Shown in pieces: positions 47,116 to 56,811 of a DNA stretch of 64,000 bases; within the stretch, counting starts at the first letter, position 1; the number at the start of each line of letters is the position of its first letter. The notes beneath the pieces are model-generated. The model ran no database searches. It was given only the letters and a program-made list of their open reading frames with translations, and was not told the origin of the DNA. The stretch comes from Christensenellaceae bacterium. Its GTDB lineage: Bacteria; Bacillota; Clostridia; Christensenellales; DTU072. Where the stretch lies: the NCBI GenBank assembly GCA_031259085.1, contig JAIRMA010000039.1, positions 10,392 to 74,391 of the forward strand. The letters run 5' to 3'. A program made the translations under genes and the position numbers.

Positions 47116-49329
47116 TTATATCTTTTTGTCCAATTCTTTCCAAACGATTAGATTAGATAGGTCTTCGTCCCAAATCGTTGTATTTATTAAAAGTTCTTGG
47201 CTGTTACAATCAAAACGCACAAAACCGCCAGCAAGTAAATATATCTTGTTGCCGAATGTCGTTTTTGAGTGAGTTTTAAGATATTCCATTAAGGCAGAGA
47301 ATTTTTGAGAAGAAACAGGGTCTATATTTTGAGAAACTCCGCTACTTGTTTGTCCGCCTTTCGTTTCAATTATCCATATTTTACCTGTTATATCTATAAC
47401 GATATAATCGGGGTAAAAATGTTTTTGTTTACCACTATTTATAGAATAGACAATAGAAAAATACTCTTGATTATGTTCTCCATTTTTATACCACCAAACA
47501 ATATTTTTATTATCTTCGCACCATTTTTCAAATTTCTTTTCGGGTTCGCTCCGTTTGGCAACATTGGAAGTGTAACCTTCATAAACATTCTTTGCATAAG
47601 GCGTAATTCGTTTGTTTGTGCCATCGATAGGAAAATCATATTCCCGTGGTAGTAGCCAGAGGCTTTCATTTACCTTTGGCTGCATAATTATTTGTTGTGC
47701 GGGGTTTGGGCCGTTCATCGCATTTCTAAAATCAGTTTTCAATTTATCAAAGTTATTGATGATAAAGGCGTAAAGAAATTTATTATCAAAATTAAATAGG
47801 TTCTTCTTAAATTTTGCTTTTGCGGAAAGGTCAATAAACAATGCTCTAATGACGGTAATTGCGTCTTCGTATTTTAATGAAACGGCAGAACCGACTTCGC
47901 CAACGGCTTTATGAAATGCACGCCCGTGAATATGTGTTGAAAGTATGGCAGAACCGCTTAATGTGTTTGTATCTTTTAATTCGCTAAATACCGTTGCCGA
48001 ACCGCTCGCAGTGTTAATGTGGATATTTGCGTCAAATATATATCCGCTTGCTTCAAGTTTTGCTTTATTGCCCGTATAATCTTTCGGTTTCGTGTTGTAG
48101 GCGCTGTTAAAATAATCCGCCACCACTTCACGCACTTTTGCCCCGTCTATTGGGTTTTGAATATCGGGGTTGTATTGCTTCTTTAATGTGATTGGTTTGT
48201 GAATGGTTTTTAAGAACAATTTTCTAATTTCACCGCCGTAAATATCTTTTGAAAGCCCAGCGATAAAACCCTTATCAAAAGTATAAATATAGCAATCATC
48301 AAGTATGTCGTTGTTATAATGTTTCGCCTCGGGCATACGGCGTATTCTGCCTATTGTTTGAACTTCGAAAACTTCATCCATATTCTCACGCAGTTTCACA
48401 AGTATGCACGCTCTTGGACAATCCCAACCCGTTGCGATTGCCTGTTTGAAAATCAAAACAATGGGTGAAGCGAAATTATCTTCTATGCCGTCTTTGTTGT
48501 CGTATCGTCCGTTAAGCCAAAATGCAAGTAAGCCATTATCAACAGTTATATTTTTTGTTGCCAAAAATTTTTCAAGGTTTTGAATTAAAGCGGAAGACGG
48601 GTCGCCACTGCTGTTGTTTGGAATTTGCACACAGATTAAAGGGTTTATTCGTGTATTTAATTTCGCAAATTCGTTCACAATTCCTTGTCGTTTCGTAATA
48701 GCAAGGTTTAGCAGAATATCAAAACTGTTTGCATTGCGTTCGTCAATAACAAAACCCTGTTGCAAATCTTTATTCACAATAATTTGTTTTTTAATAAGTC
48801 CAGCACCGATAACTTCACTTTCTTCAATTTTTATCAACCGTTTGTCTTTCACATTTTTTGGTGTTGCGGAAGCATAAATCTCACAAACAGGATTAAATAA
48901 TCGTTTTATCTCGGTCGCCTTAAAAGTGTCGTTCAAATGTTGTTCGTCAATAATCAAAATAAACTTAATGCCCGAAAGCAATGCTTTTTCAATTTTATCC
49001 TGCAAGTTATCTCGTTCACTGTCGCTTATCGCAATATTACCTTTCTTTGTTATCTTTTCCCAATTTATGAATGTTGCGGAGTTCTCTTCAAAACCGCCCG
49101 TTAGAATATCATTTACTGTGTTAGTTCTAAACATAGGAAAATACTTTGCCATTTTATCTCTGCTTTGTTCAGCAAGGTCGCCTTTGCCTATTGAAAGCCA
49201 CACAAACGCATATTTTGCGTTTCGGGCAATAAATTCGTCCATAAAGTGTGCAAGAATAACGGTTTTTCCGCTTCCTGTTGGCGATTGCAAAATAATATCT
49301 TTCTCGCTCTGTTCCGCAAAAGTTATCAA
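47116..49329 (-). CDS. res: Type III restriction enzyme Res subunit (SF2 helicase + C-terminal PD-ExK nuclease); the start probably lies upstream, near 49368
   Basis: Motif I SPTGSGKT, II IIDEQH, III SAT, VI TIGRIRRMPE, and the nuclease motif YPDYIVIDITGKIWIIETKGG. The frame stays open up to 49392. Confidence 0.85.
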   Translation of the reverse strand: MITFAEQSEKDIILQSPTGSGKTVILAHFMDEFIARNAKYAFVWLSIGKGDLAEQSRDKMAKYFPMFRTNTVNDILTGGFEENSATFINWEKITKKGNIAISDSERDNLQDKIEKALLSGIKFILIIDEQHLNDTFKATEIKRLFNPVCEIYASATPKNVKDKRLIKIEESEVIGAGLIKKQIIVNKDLQQGFVIDERNANSFDILLNLAITKRQGIVNEFAKLNTRINPLICVQIPNNSSGDPSSALIQNLEKFLATKNITVDNGLLAFWLNGRYDNKDGIEDNFASPIVLIFKQAIATGWDCPRACILVKLRENMDEVFEVQTIGRIRRMPEAKHYNNDILDDCYIYTFDKGFIAGLSKDIYGGEIRKLFLKTIHKPITLKKQYNPDIQNPIDGAKVREVVADYFNSAYNTKPKDYTGNKAKLEASGYIFDANIHINTASGSATVFSELKDTNTLSGSAILSTHIHGRAFHKAVGEVGSAVSLKYEDAITVIRALFIDLSAKAKFKKNLFNFDNKFLYAFIINNFDKLKTDFRNAMNGPNPAQQIIMQPKVNESLWLLPREYDFPIDGTNKRITPYAKNVYEGYTSNVAKRSEPEKKFEKWCEDNKNIVWWYKNGEHNQEYFSIVYSINSGKQKHFYPDYIVIDITGKIWIIETKGGQTSSGVSQNIDPVSSQKFSALMEYLKTHSKTTFGNKIYLLAGGFVRFDCNSQELLINTTIWDEDLSNLIVWKELDKKI

Positions 49330-49364
49330 CTCGTTTACGGCATTAAATTGAAAATCTTTTAGTA

Positions 49365-51095
49365 TTATATTTGTTTCTCCTTGTAATAATATTCAGGGAT
49401 AACATTTATTTTAATACCGTGTTCGGTTGCCATTTGTTGTTGCAAAAGTGTCAGTGAAATATCGTGTCCTAAATAAATTGTTTTAACTTTTGCAAGTTTC
49501 TTTTCGTTCGTAAAAAATGCTTCCACTTGATTTTCATCAAGCAAAATATCAATTCGGTCATTATGGTCAAAATCAATCGCATTTTCAAGTTCCACAAGTT
49601 CCTTTATGTGAAGTAAAAGCGTATCCGCATACTCATAATAAAGTTTCTCCGTAATGGGCGTAAAGTCCACCTTGAAATATTTTAACGAACCAGCAATCCC
49701 TTTACTATATTCACTTCCGTCTTTTCGTTTGCCCGTGATGACCGTTTTAATCCGTTGATATGTTACTTCTTCACAAATATTATTTTCATTATTTGTGCAT
49801 AAAATAAACTTTCGTCTTCCGCCGTCTTCACGGTTTAATTCCAAAACTGCGTGTCCCGTTGTGCCAGACCCAGCAAAGAAATCAAGAATTATTGCCTGTT
49901 TCCTTTTGCCGACAACGGCATATAAACAATCGTAAACATTCCATAAGGATTTTGGGAAGTCAAACGGTGCGTCAGGCACAAGGTCGTTGATTATCTTCTT
50001 ACCATATTCATTGCTATCATATCGTGGGCCCTGCCAAACAGTTCTGTATGTCCCAAAATTCTTACCTATTTCAATTTCATATCTACCCTTTACAATCTTT
50101 ACTCGTAAATTCTCTTTTACCGAATCAACACTTTGTCTTGCATAACGCCATTTCCGTTCAATGCCCTGTATGTCAATGGGGTAAACATAAGTTACTCCGT
50201 CAATTACTTCATTCTGTTTCGGGTGTTTATTCATATCACTAACTACTTCACCAAAACCAATAATTTCATCTTGTGCCACTAAAATAGGATAAAAACAATT
50301 TTTTGCGTCTGTCCTTAAACTTTCACCGCCATTATCTCTTAAATTACGCCAATCAATTTCGCTATCATCAATTTTTCGTTCGCCTATTATTTTATCACCA
50401 ACAGGCACAACAAATATTGCATACTCGTGTGTATAAGAAAAATTCTTGCCTTGTATCCCACGGGGATTGTGGACAATGGAAATACAATGATATTCATAAG
50501 CCGACCCAAATATACTTTCAAGTAAAAACCCAAGTGTGTGTAATTCGTTTTCGTCAATCGCACAAATCAAAACACCCTTTTGTGTTAAAAGTTTCTTTGC
50601 AATATCAAGGCGTCTTTGCATAAGAGTAAGCCACTTACTGTGCCGAAATAAATCATTTTTGTCGGCATAGTCATTATCATATTTCCAATCTTTTGCCCCT
50701 GTGTTATACGGTGGGTCAATATAAATAATATCAATTCTGCCATTATGCGTTTTTTCTAAAAGTTTCAAAGAGGCAAGGTTATCGCCCTCAATTAAAAAAT
50801 TCATTTGCCCACCATTATCAGTAAAACGGCTTTTGTCTTCAATTAAAATTGGTTCATTCGTTTCAAGCATTTCGTCAATTTGTTCTTTATGTTCTTCAAA
50901 AACAAGCCCGTATTTTTTGCTTTTAATTTCTTTTTCTAACTCGGCAACAAAAGAAAGTAAACGGGCGGTGTTTTCGTCCTGTGGAGCGTTCTTGATGAAC
51001 GCCTTTATTTCATTCGCCTTTGCGACAAGGGTTTCTCTCTTTTGCTTGGAAATATTCATATTTGGAATTATATCATAAATCATAAGAATCAGCAA
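49365..51095 (-). CDS. mod: Type III R-M Mod subunit (beta-class N6-adenine/N4-cytosine DNA methyltransferase)
   Basis: Motif IV IIYIDPPYNTG precedes motif I DFFAGSGTTGHA. The start is uncertain (TTG 51095, ATG 51083 or ATG 51059). Confidence 0.88.
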   Translation of the reverse strand: MLILMIYDIIPNMNISKQKRETLVAKANEIKAFIKNAPQDENTARLLSFVAELEKEIKSKKYGLVFEEHKEQIDEMLETNEPILIEDKSRFTDNGGQMNFLIEGDNLASLKLLEKTHNGRIDIIYIDPPYNTGAKDWKYDNDYADKNDLFRHSKWLTLMQRRLDIAKKLLTQKGVLICAIDENELHTLGFLLESIFGSAYEYHCISIVHNPRGIQGKNFSYTHEYAIFVVPVGDKIIGERKIDDSEIDWRNLRDNGGESLRTDAKNCFYPILVAQDEIIGFGEVVSDMNKHPKQNEVIDGVTYVYPIDIQGIERKWRYARQSVDSVKENLRVKIVKGRYEIEIGKNFGTYRTVWQGPRYDSNEYGKKIINDLVPDAPFDFPKSLWNVYDCLYAVVGKRKQAIILDFFAGSGTTGHAVLELNREDGGRRKFILCTNNENNICEEVTYQRIKTVITGKRKDGSEYSKGIAGSLKYFKVDFTPITEKLYYEYADTLLLHIKELVELENAIDFDHNDRIDILLDENQVEAFFTNEKKLAKVKTIYLGHDISLTLLQQQMATEHGIKINVIPEYYYKEKQI

Positions 51096-51098
51096 TCA

Positions 51099-51420
51099 TT
51101 ATCGGCTCCACGGCATATTAAAGTCATCTGCAATCGGCACGAGTTCAATTTGTTTAACTTCTTGTCCGCTTTGTTTTTCGTAAATCAAATTGCCGTTGCT
51201 ATCCATTCGGGCAATATTTTATATCAAACTCAAACTTATAACTTTTTATTTTTTATGTAACACTCAATAAATTACCACCGCAATAGTAAATGTTTATATA
51301 ACCGTTTCTTATTTCAATCTGTAAATCATTATGTGCTTAGATAATAGCGAGTAATTCTTTTAATTCGTCACTCGTCAAATTGTCAATAAACTTTTGGCTG
51401 ATTTTTCTAATGTGATTCAT
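51099..51420 (-). pseudogene. Decayed gene remnant (two in-frame TAA stops plus one frameshift)
   Basis: Reads MNHIRKISQKFIDNLTSDELKELLAII*AHNDLQIEIRNGYINIYYCGGNLLSVT*KIKSYKFEFDIKYCPNG*. After a frame shift it continues MDSNGNLIYEKQSGQEVKQIELVPIADDFNMPWSR**. Confidence 0.4.
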
Positions 51421-51574
51421 ATAAATGAGTATAACATAAAACACTCAAATCACTATTTTGTTTTGGTGCTGTTACAGAAAATCGTCCTTTGCTTATTCCT
51501 TGCCTTACAATCCAATACCATTCAATTCTTTTTCTTTTGGGTTTTTTTGTGCCACAAACGCTAGCCACACATTT

Positions 51575-51606
51575 AAAAAAGATATAGTAAAAAACTATAT
51601 CTTTTT
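51575..51606 (-). terminator. Terminator downstream of tRNA-Tyr
   Basis: Stem gatatagt / actatatc extended by A/T pairs, with loop aaaaa and T6 following on the minus strand. Confidence 0.7.
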
Positions 51607-51665
51607 CGGTGTGAACGCCTACGGCTAAACACTCGCTTTCGCTCGTGTTCAAATGCATTCGTGTT

Positions 51666-51751
51666 TGGTGGGAGGAGGTGGATTCGAACCACCGAAGTTT
51701 TCCAACAACAGATTTACAGTCTGGCCCCTTTAGCCACTCGGGAATCCTCCC
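51666..51751 (-). tRNA. tRNA-Tyr (anticodon GTA), class II with a long variable arm, CCA encoded
   Basis: The reverse complement folds by hand: acceptor GGGAGGA/TCCTCCC, anticodon loop CTGTAAA, variable stem GTT-GGAA-AAC, T-arm GGTGG-TTCGAAT-CCACC, then ACCA. Confidence 0.9.
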
Positions 51752-51954
51752 ATATTATACAAATAAAGTCTTGCTATTTAAGGAAATTTAATTGTTTACA
51801 TATTATATACTGTCATTTTGTGAATTGCAAATATTTTTATACATATTTTCAAATTTATTTAATTACTATTTTTATTTTAGCCAAAGTCTAAACTAATGAC
51901 TATCTGTTCATGTATGATTTTGTCTTTAAAATTATTGAAATTATCAAATTCTTA

Positions 51955-51963
51955 TGTTATACT
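51955..51963 (+). promoter_or_regulatory. Extended -10 TGTTATACT, 7 nt upstream of the dnaX ATG (leaderless layout)
   Basis: tgttatact at 51955-51963, then tttatac, then ATG 51971. No SD. Confidence 0.55.
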
Positions 51964-51970
51964 TTTATAC

Positions 51971-53866
51971 ATGAGTGAGATTTCTCTTTATCGGAAATAT
52001 CGTCCAAAGACATGGGAAGGGGTCGTTGGTCAGGATCATATAGTAAAAACCTTAATAAATCAAATAAGTGGAAATAAAATCAATCACGCTTATTTGTTCA
52101 CTGGGACTAGAGGGACTGGCAAGACATCTACTGCTAAGATTTTTTCACGCGCCATTAACTGTGAACACCCAAATAACGGATCTCCTTGTGGGAAATGCTC
52201 AGTCTGTTTGAATCTCTCATCCCAATCAAACATATCTGTCATAGAAATGGATGCGGCTAGCAACAACGGCGTCGATGAAATTAGAGAGATTAAAGATTCG
52301 GTTTTATATCCTCCTGCAGTTGGGAAATATAAAGTGTATATCGTTGACGAGGTACACATGTTAACAACCGCTGCATTTAATGCTTTTTTAAAGACTCTAG
52401 AAGAGCCCCCGTCTTATGTGGTATTTATACTCGCTACTACAGAAGTACATAAATTACCACAAACTATTATTAGTAGATGTATGCGCTTTGATTTTAGACT
52501 AGTGCCACAATTAACACTTAGCAACCATTTGAAATCTATTTTTAAGCAGGAAAAATATGATTGTGATAAAGAGTCTTTAGACTTGATTTCCATGCACGCC
52601 GCAGGAAGCGTGAGGGACATGTTATCGTTAGCTGATATGTGTATGTCATACGCACCTAATGGTCTAAAGGTTGCAGACGCTACATCCGTACTAGGTGTTT
52701 CTGACTTTAGTGTATTATACAATCTCGCTGAATCAATTTTAATAGGCAACTTCAATAAAGTTCTTGAGCTTTCTAAAATGTTAGTCTCAAATGGAAAAAG
52801 TATTTCTATTTCAGCTCGTGATTTAACTAGTTTCTTTAATGAGATAGTTACTGTTAAGAATGTACCTAGTTATAAAGGGAATTTTACCAAAAATGATTTG
52901 AATAAAATTAAGGATTTAATTCAGAATAAAGATATAGATAATTTTAGATTAAGTAGAGCTATTGATATTTTTTCGTCCCTTGAAACTAGATTGCGTTACA
53001 GCTCACAGCCTCACATATTATTTGAAGCGGCATTAATTAAGGCCACTGATATGACAATCGAACATACACCAGATGGCATGAATTCTACAATTAAGCAGCT
53101 TAATTCAAAAGTTACTGATCTGGAAAATAAATTAGACAATTTTAAAATTAATCCATCTATGTTGAGTACTGAGAATATAACAAACTCAATAGTCAACAAT
53201 AATGATACCAAATCTACTAAGGTTGTTAATTCAGAATTGCCATTTCAGGTTGAGACACCAAGTTCTAATAACCCAAGCATTATCGATGATATGTTTATGG
53301 ATGTTGATGATCCTACAAACCCCTTCGATGATGCAACTGATCTATCAGCTACAGAACACGATCCTGTTAAAACAGTTAATCCTGACTTGCAATCAAGTAT
53401 CAGCACAGCTATGCCTAGCATAACGATGCCACAAAATTCAACCATTGATTTTATAAATAAATTCTTTGATATGCTATTACAAAAAGCTGAAGATCCTGTC
53501 ATTTGGGAAGGCGATAAAGGTTTAATGGATAAACCTTGCGACAATCTATTATGGCTCCTTAATTTAATATTTACTAACTATGGTGACACTAATGAAGCCA
53601 TCAAGATTATACTTTACCGTGGTCTAATTCTACATTACAAATTATTACATAATATAGGTTGGGTTAATTTAGTATTTAATAATCCCCCCCCAAGTGTTCA
53701 ACTTGAAAATGATAAAACTCTTGTTATTACATGGGAGAGTGTTGTGAATTTAACTAAAGACGATAGAAAAAAAATTGACAAGTTTATTGAAGCATTTAAC
53801 ATTAAATGTGGAACAAAATATAAAGCAAAACTAGATATTCCAGAATCTGGTAATAATATAAACTAA
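51971..53866 (+). CDS. dnaX: DNA polymerase III subunit tau/gamma
   Basis: LYRKYRPKTWEGVVGQDHI, the Walker A motif GTRGTGKTS and the Zn module CxxxxxxxxCGKCSVC. The earlier track start at 51896 lies upstream of the promoter. Confidence 0.92.
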   Translation: MSEISLYRKYRPKTWEGVVGQDHIVKTLINQISGNKINHAYLFTGTRGTGKTSTAKIFSRAINCEHPNNGSPCGKCSVCLNLSSQSNISVIEMDAASNNGVDEIREIKDSVLYPPAVGKYKVYIVDEVHMLTTAAFNAFLKTLEEPPSYVVFILATTEVHKLPQTIISRCMRFDFRLVPQLTLSNHLKSIFKQEKYDCDKESLDLISMHAAGSVRDMLSLADMCMSYAPNGLKVADATSVLGVSDFSVLYNLAESILIGNFNKVLELSKMLVSNGKSISISARDLTSFFNEIVTVKNVPSYKGNFTKNDLNKIKDLIQNKDIDNFRLSRAIDIFSSLETRLRYSSQPHILFEAALIKATDMTIEHTPDGMNSTIKQLNSKVTDLENKLDNFKINPSMLSTENITNSIVNNNDTKSTKVVNSELPFQVETPSSNNPSIIDDMFMDVDDPTNPFDDATDLSATEHDPVKTVNPDLQSSISTAMPSITMPQNSTIDFINKFFDMLLQKAEDPVIWEGDKGLMDKPCDNLLWLLNLIFTNYGDTNEAIKIILYRGLILHYKLLHNIGWVNLVFNNPPPSVQLENDKTLVITWESVVNLTKDDRKKIDKFIEAFNIKCGTKYKAKLDIPESGNNIN

Positions 53867-53890
53867 ATTTAAGTTAAGGAGATTACTCAT

Positions 53891-54229
53891 ATGGGTAAAT
53901 TTGGAGGTTTTGGTAGCGGAGGAGGCAACATGCAAAACATGATGCGCCAAGCTCAAAAGATGCAAGAAGAAATGCTTAAGGCACAAGAAGCATTAGCTAA
54001 AGAACAAGTCACTGCTAGCGCTGGTGGTGGAATGGTTGATATTGTCATGACTTGCGAAAAACAACTCGTGTCTATTAAAATTAAGCCAGAAGCTACTGAT
54101 CCAGAAGACGTCGAAATGCTAGAGGATTTAATCCTAGCTGCGTTCAATGAAGCATCAACATTAATAGATCAAAAACGTGAAGAATTTATGGGACCATTTA
54201 ACAGCCTCGGATTAGGTGGATTGTTTTAA
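53891..54229 (+). CDS. ybaB: Nucleoid-associated protein YbaB/EbfC
   Basis: AAGGAG SD, NMQNMMRQAQKMQEEM and GGGMVDIVMTCEKQLVSIKI, in the dnaX-ybaB-recR order. Confidence 0.9.
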   Translation: MGKFGGFGSGGGNMQNMMRQAQKMQEEMLKAQEALAKEQVTASAGGGMVDIVMTCEKQLVSIKIKPEATDPEDVEMLEDLILAAFNEASTLIDQKREEFMGPFNSLGLGGLF

Positions 54230-54232
54230 AAC

Positions 54233-54811
54233 ATGTCCGATGCATTAGTAAGATTAATTGCCTCTTTTAGAAAATTGCCTTCAGTTGGTTTAAAAACTGC
54301 TATGCGCTATGCATATAAGATAGTTGAAATGTCAACCCCAGAAGTGCATGAGTTTATTGCCGCTATTAATGAGGCAAAAAACACTATACATTTTTGTAAG
54401 GAATGTGGGAATTACACAGAACTTGATGTTTGTGAGCGTTGTCAAACAGCGGAAAAACATACAATATGTGTTGTCAAGGATCCACGTGATATTTCTGCAT
54501 TTGAGAAAATGGGTACCTATAATGGACTATATCATGCGCTACATGGGACACTAGATTTTCAAAAGGGGATAACCGCTGAACAAATTCGGGTTAAAGAATT
54601 AATACAACGCTTGACAAATGTCAGTGAAGTGATCGTTGCAACCAATCCTGATATCGGTGGCGAACTAACTGCCGCTTATCTAGCGCAGTTAATTAAGCCA
54701 TTGGGCATTAAAGTTACTAGACTTGCGCATGGGATTCCCATGGGTGGTGAGGTAGAATATGCAGATGAATTAACTCTGTCAAGAGCATTAAGTGACCGTA
54801 AGGAAATGTGA
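54233..54811 (+). CDS. recR: Recombination protein RecR
   Basis: HhH N-terminus (LPSVGLKTAMRYAY), a C4 zinc finger (CKECGNYTELDVCERC) and a Toprim domain. Confidence 0.92.
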   Translation: MSDALVRLIASFRKLPSVGLKTAMRYAYKIVEMSTPEVHEFIAAINEAKNTIHFCKECGNYTELDVCERCQTAEKHTICVVKDPRDISAFEKMGTYNGLYHALHGTLDFQKGITAEQIRVKELIQRLTNVSEVIVATNPDIGGELTAAYLAQLIKPLGIKVTRLAHGIPMGGEVEYADELTLSRALSDRKEM

Positions 54812-55168
54812 CTGTCTATATATTTGCTTTTATCTAGGTTTACATTATTAATCAATCAGTGGATTTTGTCTTTTTAGTCCGCTTTTGTAGTTATGTTTTC
54901 ATTATATTTTCCGTATAATATAATGATTGCAGGTTGTAAGATGGCATTCTAATCTACTGGTTTGTATTTAAATGCTTATAACATTTGGCGCTATTTTTGC
55001 ATGTTACAAATGTACGGGAAACGATAAACAATTACTTTCTGATATTTTTCGGAGATAGGGTCATAGTTAATTGATTGTATAGATTAAATAATAGATACTG
55101 TTAATTTTAAAATTCAACTGTTCATCTCGGTAAAATGATTTTAAATATAAATAATTATCTGTAACTGT

Positions 55169-55199
55169 AAACGGTGCTGTCAATAGGACAGCACCGTTT
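55169..55199 (-). terminator. Hairpin immediately downstream of rny (the U-tract is better on the plus strand)
   Basis: Perfect 13-bp stem aaacggtgctgtc / gacagcaccgttt with loop aatag. Confidence 0.55.
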
Positions 55200-55212
55200 G
55201 TTTGGTTTCTTT

Positions 55213-56811
55213 TTATTTAGCATATTCAACGCTTCGCAGTTCACGAATTACGTTGACTTTAATTTGTCCTGGATATTCTAACTCGGACTCAAGTTTTTTT
55301 GCTATATCTTTAGCAAGTAACACGCATTCCGCGTCACTTACTTTTTCGGGTTTTACAATTATTCGTATTTCCCTACCAGCCTGTATAGCATACGACTGAT
55401 CAACACCTGCAAACGAGTTTGCTAAACTTTCCATTTTTTCGAGTCTCTTGACATAAAATTCAATAGAATCACGTCTTGCTCCAGGTCGAGATCCACTAAT
55501 GGCATCTGCTACCTGTACTATAATAGCTTCAACTGTTGTTGCCTCAACATCGCCATGATGAGCAGCTATTGCGTGAATTACCTTTTCATTTTCATGATAT
55601 TTTTTTGCAATATCAACACCAATCTGAACATGTGTGCCTTCAAATTCATGGTCAACAGCTTTTCCTATATCGTGCAACAATCCAGCTCTTTTTGCTGTTT
55701 TAACGTCTGCTCCTAATTCAGAAGCAAGTAGCCCAGCTAAATGTGATACCTCTAACGAATGCTTTAAGACATTTTGTCCATAACTAGTCCTAAATTTCAA
55801 ACGCCCAAGTAATCTTACAAGATCTCCATGAATTCCAAACATACCTGCATCACTTACGGCACTTTCACCAGCTTCTTTTAAGCTTATTACAATATCGCGC
55901 CTAATGCGATCTGCAACTTCTTCAATTCTAGCAGGTTGAAACCTTCCATCTAATAACATTTTTTCGATCGTTTGTTTTGCGACTTCGCGTCTTACAGGAT
56001 CAAATCCAGATAAAGTAATAATGTCAGGTGTGTCATCAATTATGATGTCAACTCCAAGAGTGCTCTCTAACGCCTTAATGTTGCGTCCTTCACGACCTAT
56101 TATTCGACCTTTCATATCATCATTTGGTAATGAAACTATAGCAGTCGTTGTCTCGGACGACTGGTCAACCGCACATCTTTGTATAGCTAACGCTACAATA
56201 TTTTGTGCTTTTTTGTCACCCTCTTCACGAGCTTCTCGCTCAATCTCTTTTATTAGATTAACAGCATCTTTCCTTGCATCAGATTCCATTTCTTTAATGA
56301 TAAGCTCCTTTGCTTCGTCTCTAGTTAAAGCAGCGACTCGCTCTAATTCGGCTCTCATCAATTCTTGATGTTTTTCAGCTTCAGCCTCTCTTGACTTAAC
56401 TCGCTGTTCCCTGGAATCAAGATCTCGGCGTGTTTTATCAACTTGTTCAAGCTTCCTATCTAATATGGACTCTTTTTTATTTATGCTGTCTTCTTTTGAA
56501 TGTATGCGGGATTCATGTCTTTGAATTTCAATGCGTTTTTCTTTGGATTCTTTTTCAAACTCGTTACGCAACCTGAGTTGCTCTTCCTTCATATCTATCA
56601 TTGCATCTTTTCTAATGTCCTTTGCTTCAGCATTGGCTTCCTCTAAAATCCTTGCATATTCCGATTCAGCATCAGCTTTACGATGCTGCATAATTTTCTT
56701 ATATATGAGAATTCCAGAGGCTACTCCAATCGCTAGCGATGGGATAATTGAGATAACCGCAACGACAAGAGCAGGTAAAGCACCTACTAACATTGTCAGA
56801 TTGCCTAACAT
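55213..56811 (-). CDS. rny: Ribonuclease Y
   Basis: GGAGG SD, an N-terminal TM, a coiled coil, a KH domain ([11 protein letters not shown]) and an HD domain (LLHDIGKA). Confidence 0.93.
   Translation of the reverse strand: MLGNLTMLVGALPALVVAVISIIPSLAIGVASGILIYKKIMQHRKADAESEYARILEEANAEAKDIRKDAMIDMKEEQLRLRNEFEKESKEKRIEIQRHESRIHSKEDSINKKESILDRKLEQVDKTRRDLDSREQRVKSREAEAEKHQELMRAELERVAALTRDEAKELIIKEMESDARKDAVNLIKEIEREAREEGDKKAQNIVALAIQRCAVDQSSETTTAIVSLPNDDMKGRIIGREGRNIKALESTLGVDIIIDDTPDIITLSGFDPVRREVAKQTIEKMLLDGRFQPARIEEVADRIRRDIVISLKEAGESAVSDAGMFGIHGDLVRLLGRLKFRTSYGQNVLKHSLEVSHLAGLLASELGADVKTAKRAGLLHDIGKAVDHEFEGTHVQIGVDIAKKYHENEKVIHAIAAHHGDVEATTVEAIIVQVADAISGSRPGARRDSIEFYVKRLEKMESLANSFAGVDQSYAIQAGREIRIIVKPEKVSDAECVLLAKDIAKKLESELEYPGQIKVNVIRELRSVEYAK

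Larger units (their letters stand above)
45816..51436 (-). other. Horizontally acquired restriction-modification island next to tRNA-Tyr
   Basis: Co-directional packed ORFs with visibly higher G+C. Hand counts: 26/60 at 48301-48360 and at 49801-49860, against 16/60 at 10501-10560 and 21/60 at 40081-40140. No integrase and no att repeat were seen. Confidence 0.65.

Noticed and set aside
51407-51658. 83-aa minus-strand ORF next to tRNA-Tyr, considered as a possible integrase remnant.
   Set aside because: It spans the tRNA-Tyr terminator hairpin (51575-51606) and abuts the tRNA. It has no integrase motifs (no R..HxxR..Y pattern) and no SD. It is most likely spurious.
54812-55212. SRP (4.5S/scRNA) or another ncRNA in the 400-nt recR-rny spacer, because ffs often neighbours dnaX-ybaB-recR.
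   Set aside because: No SRP domain IV sequence (GGAAGGAAGCAGC-like) is present. The only strong structure is the hairpin at 55169-55199, which is adequately explained as the rny terminator.
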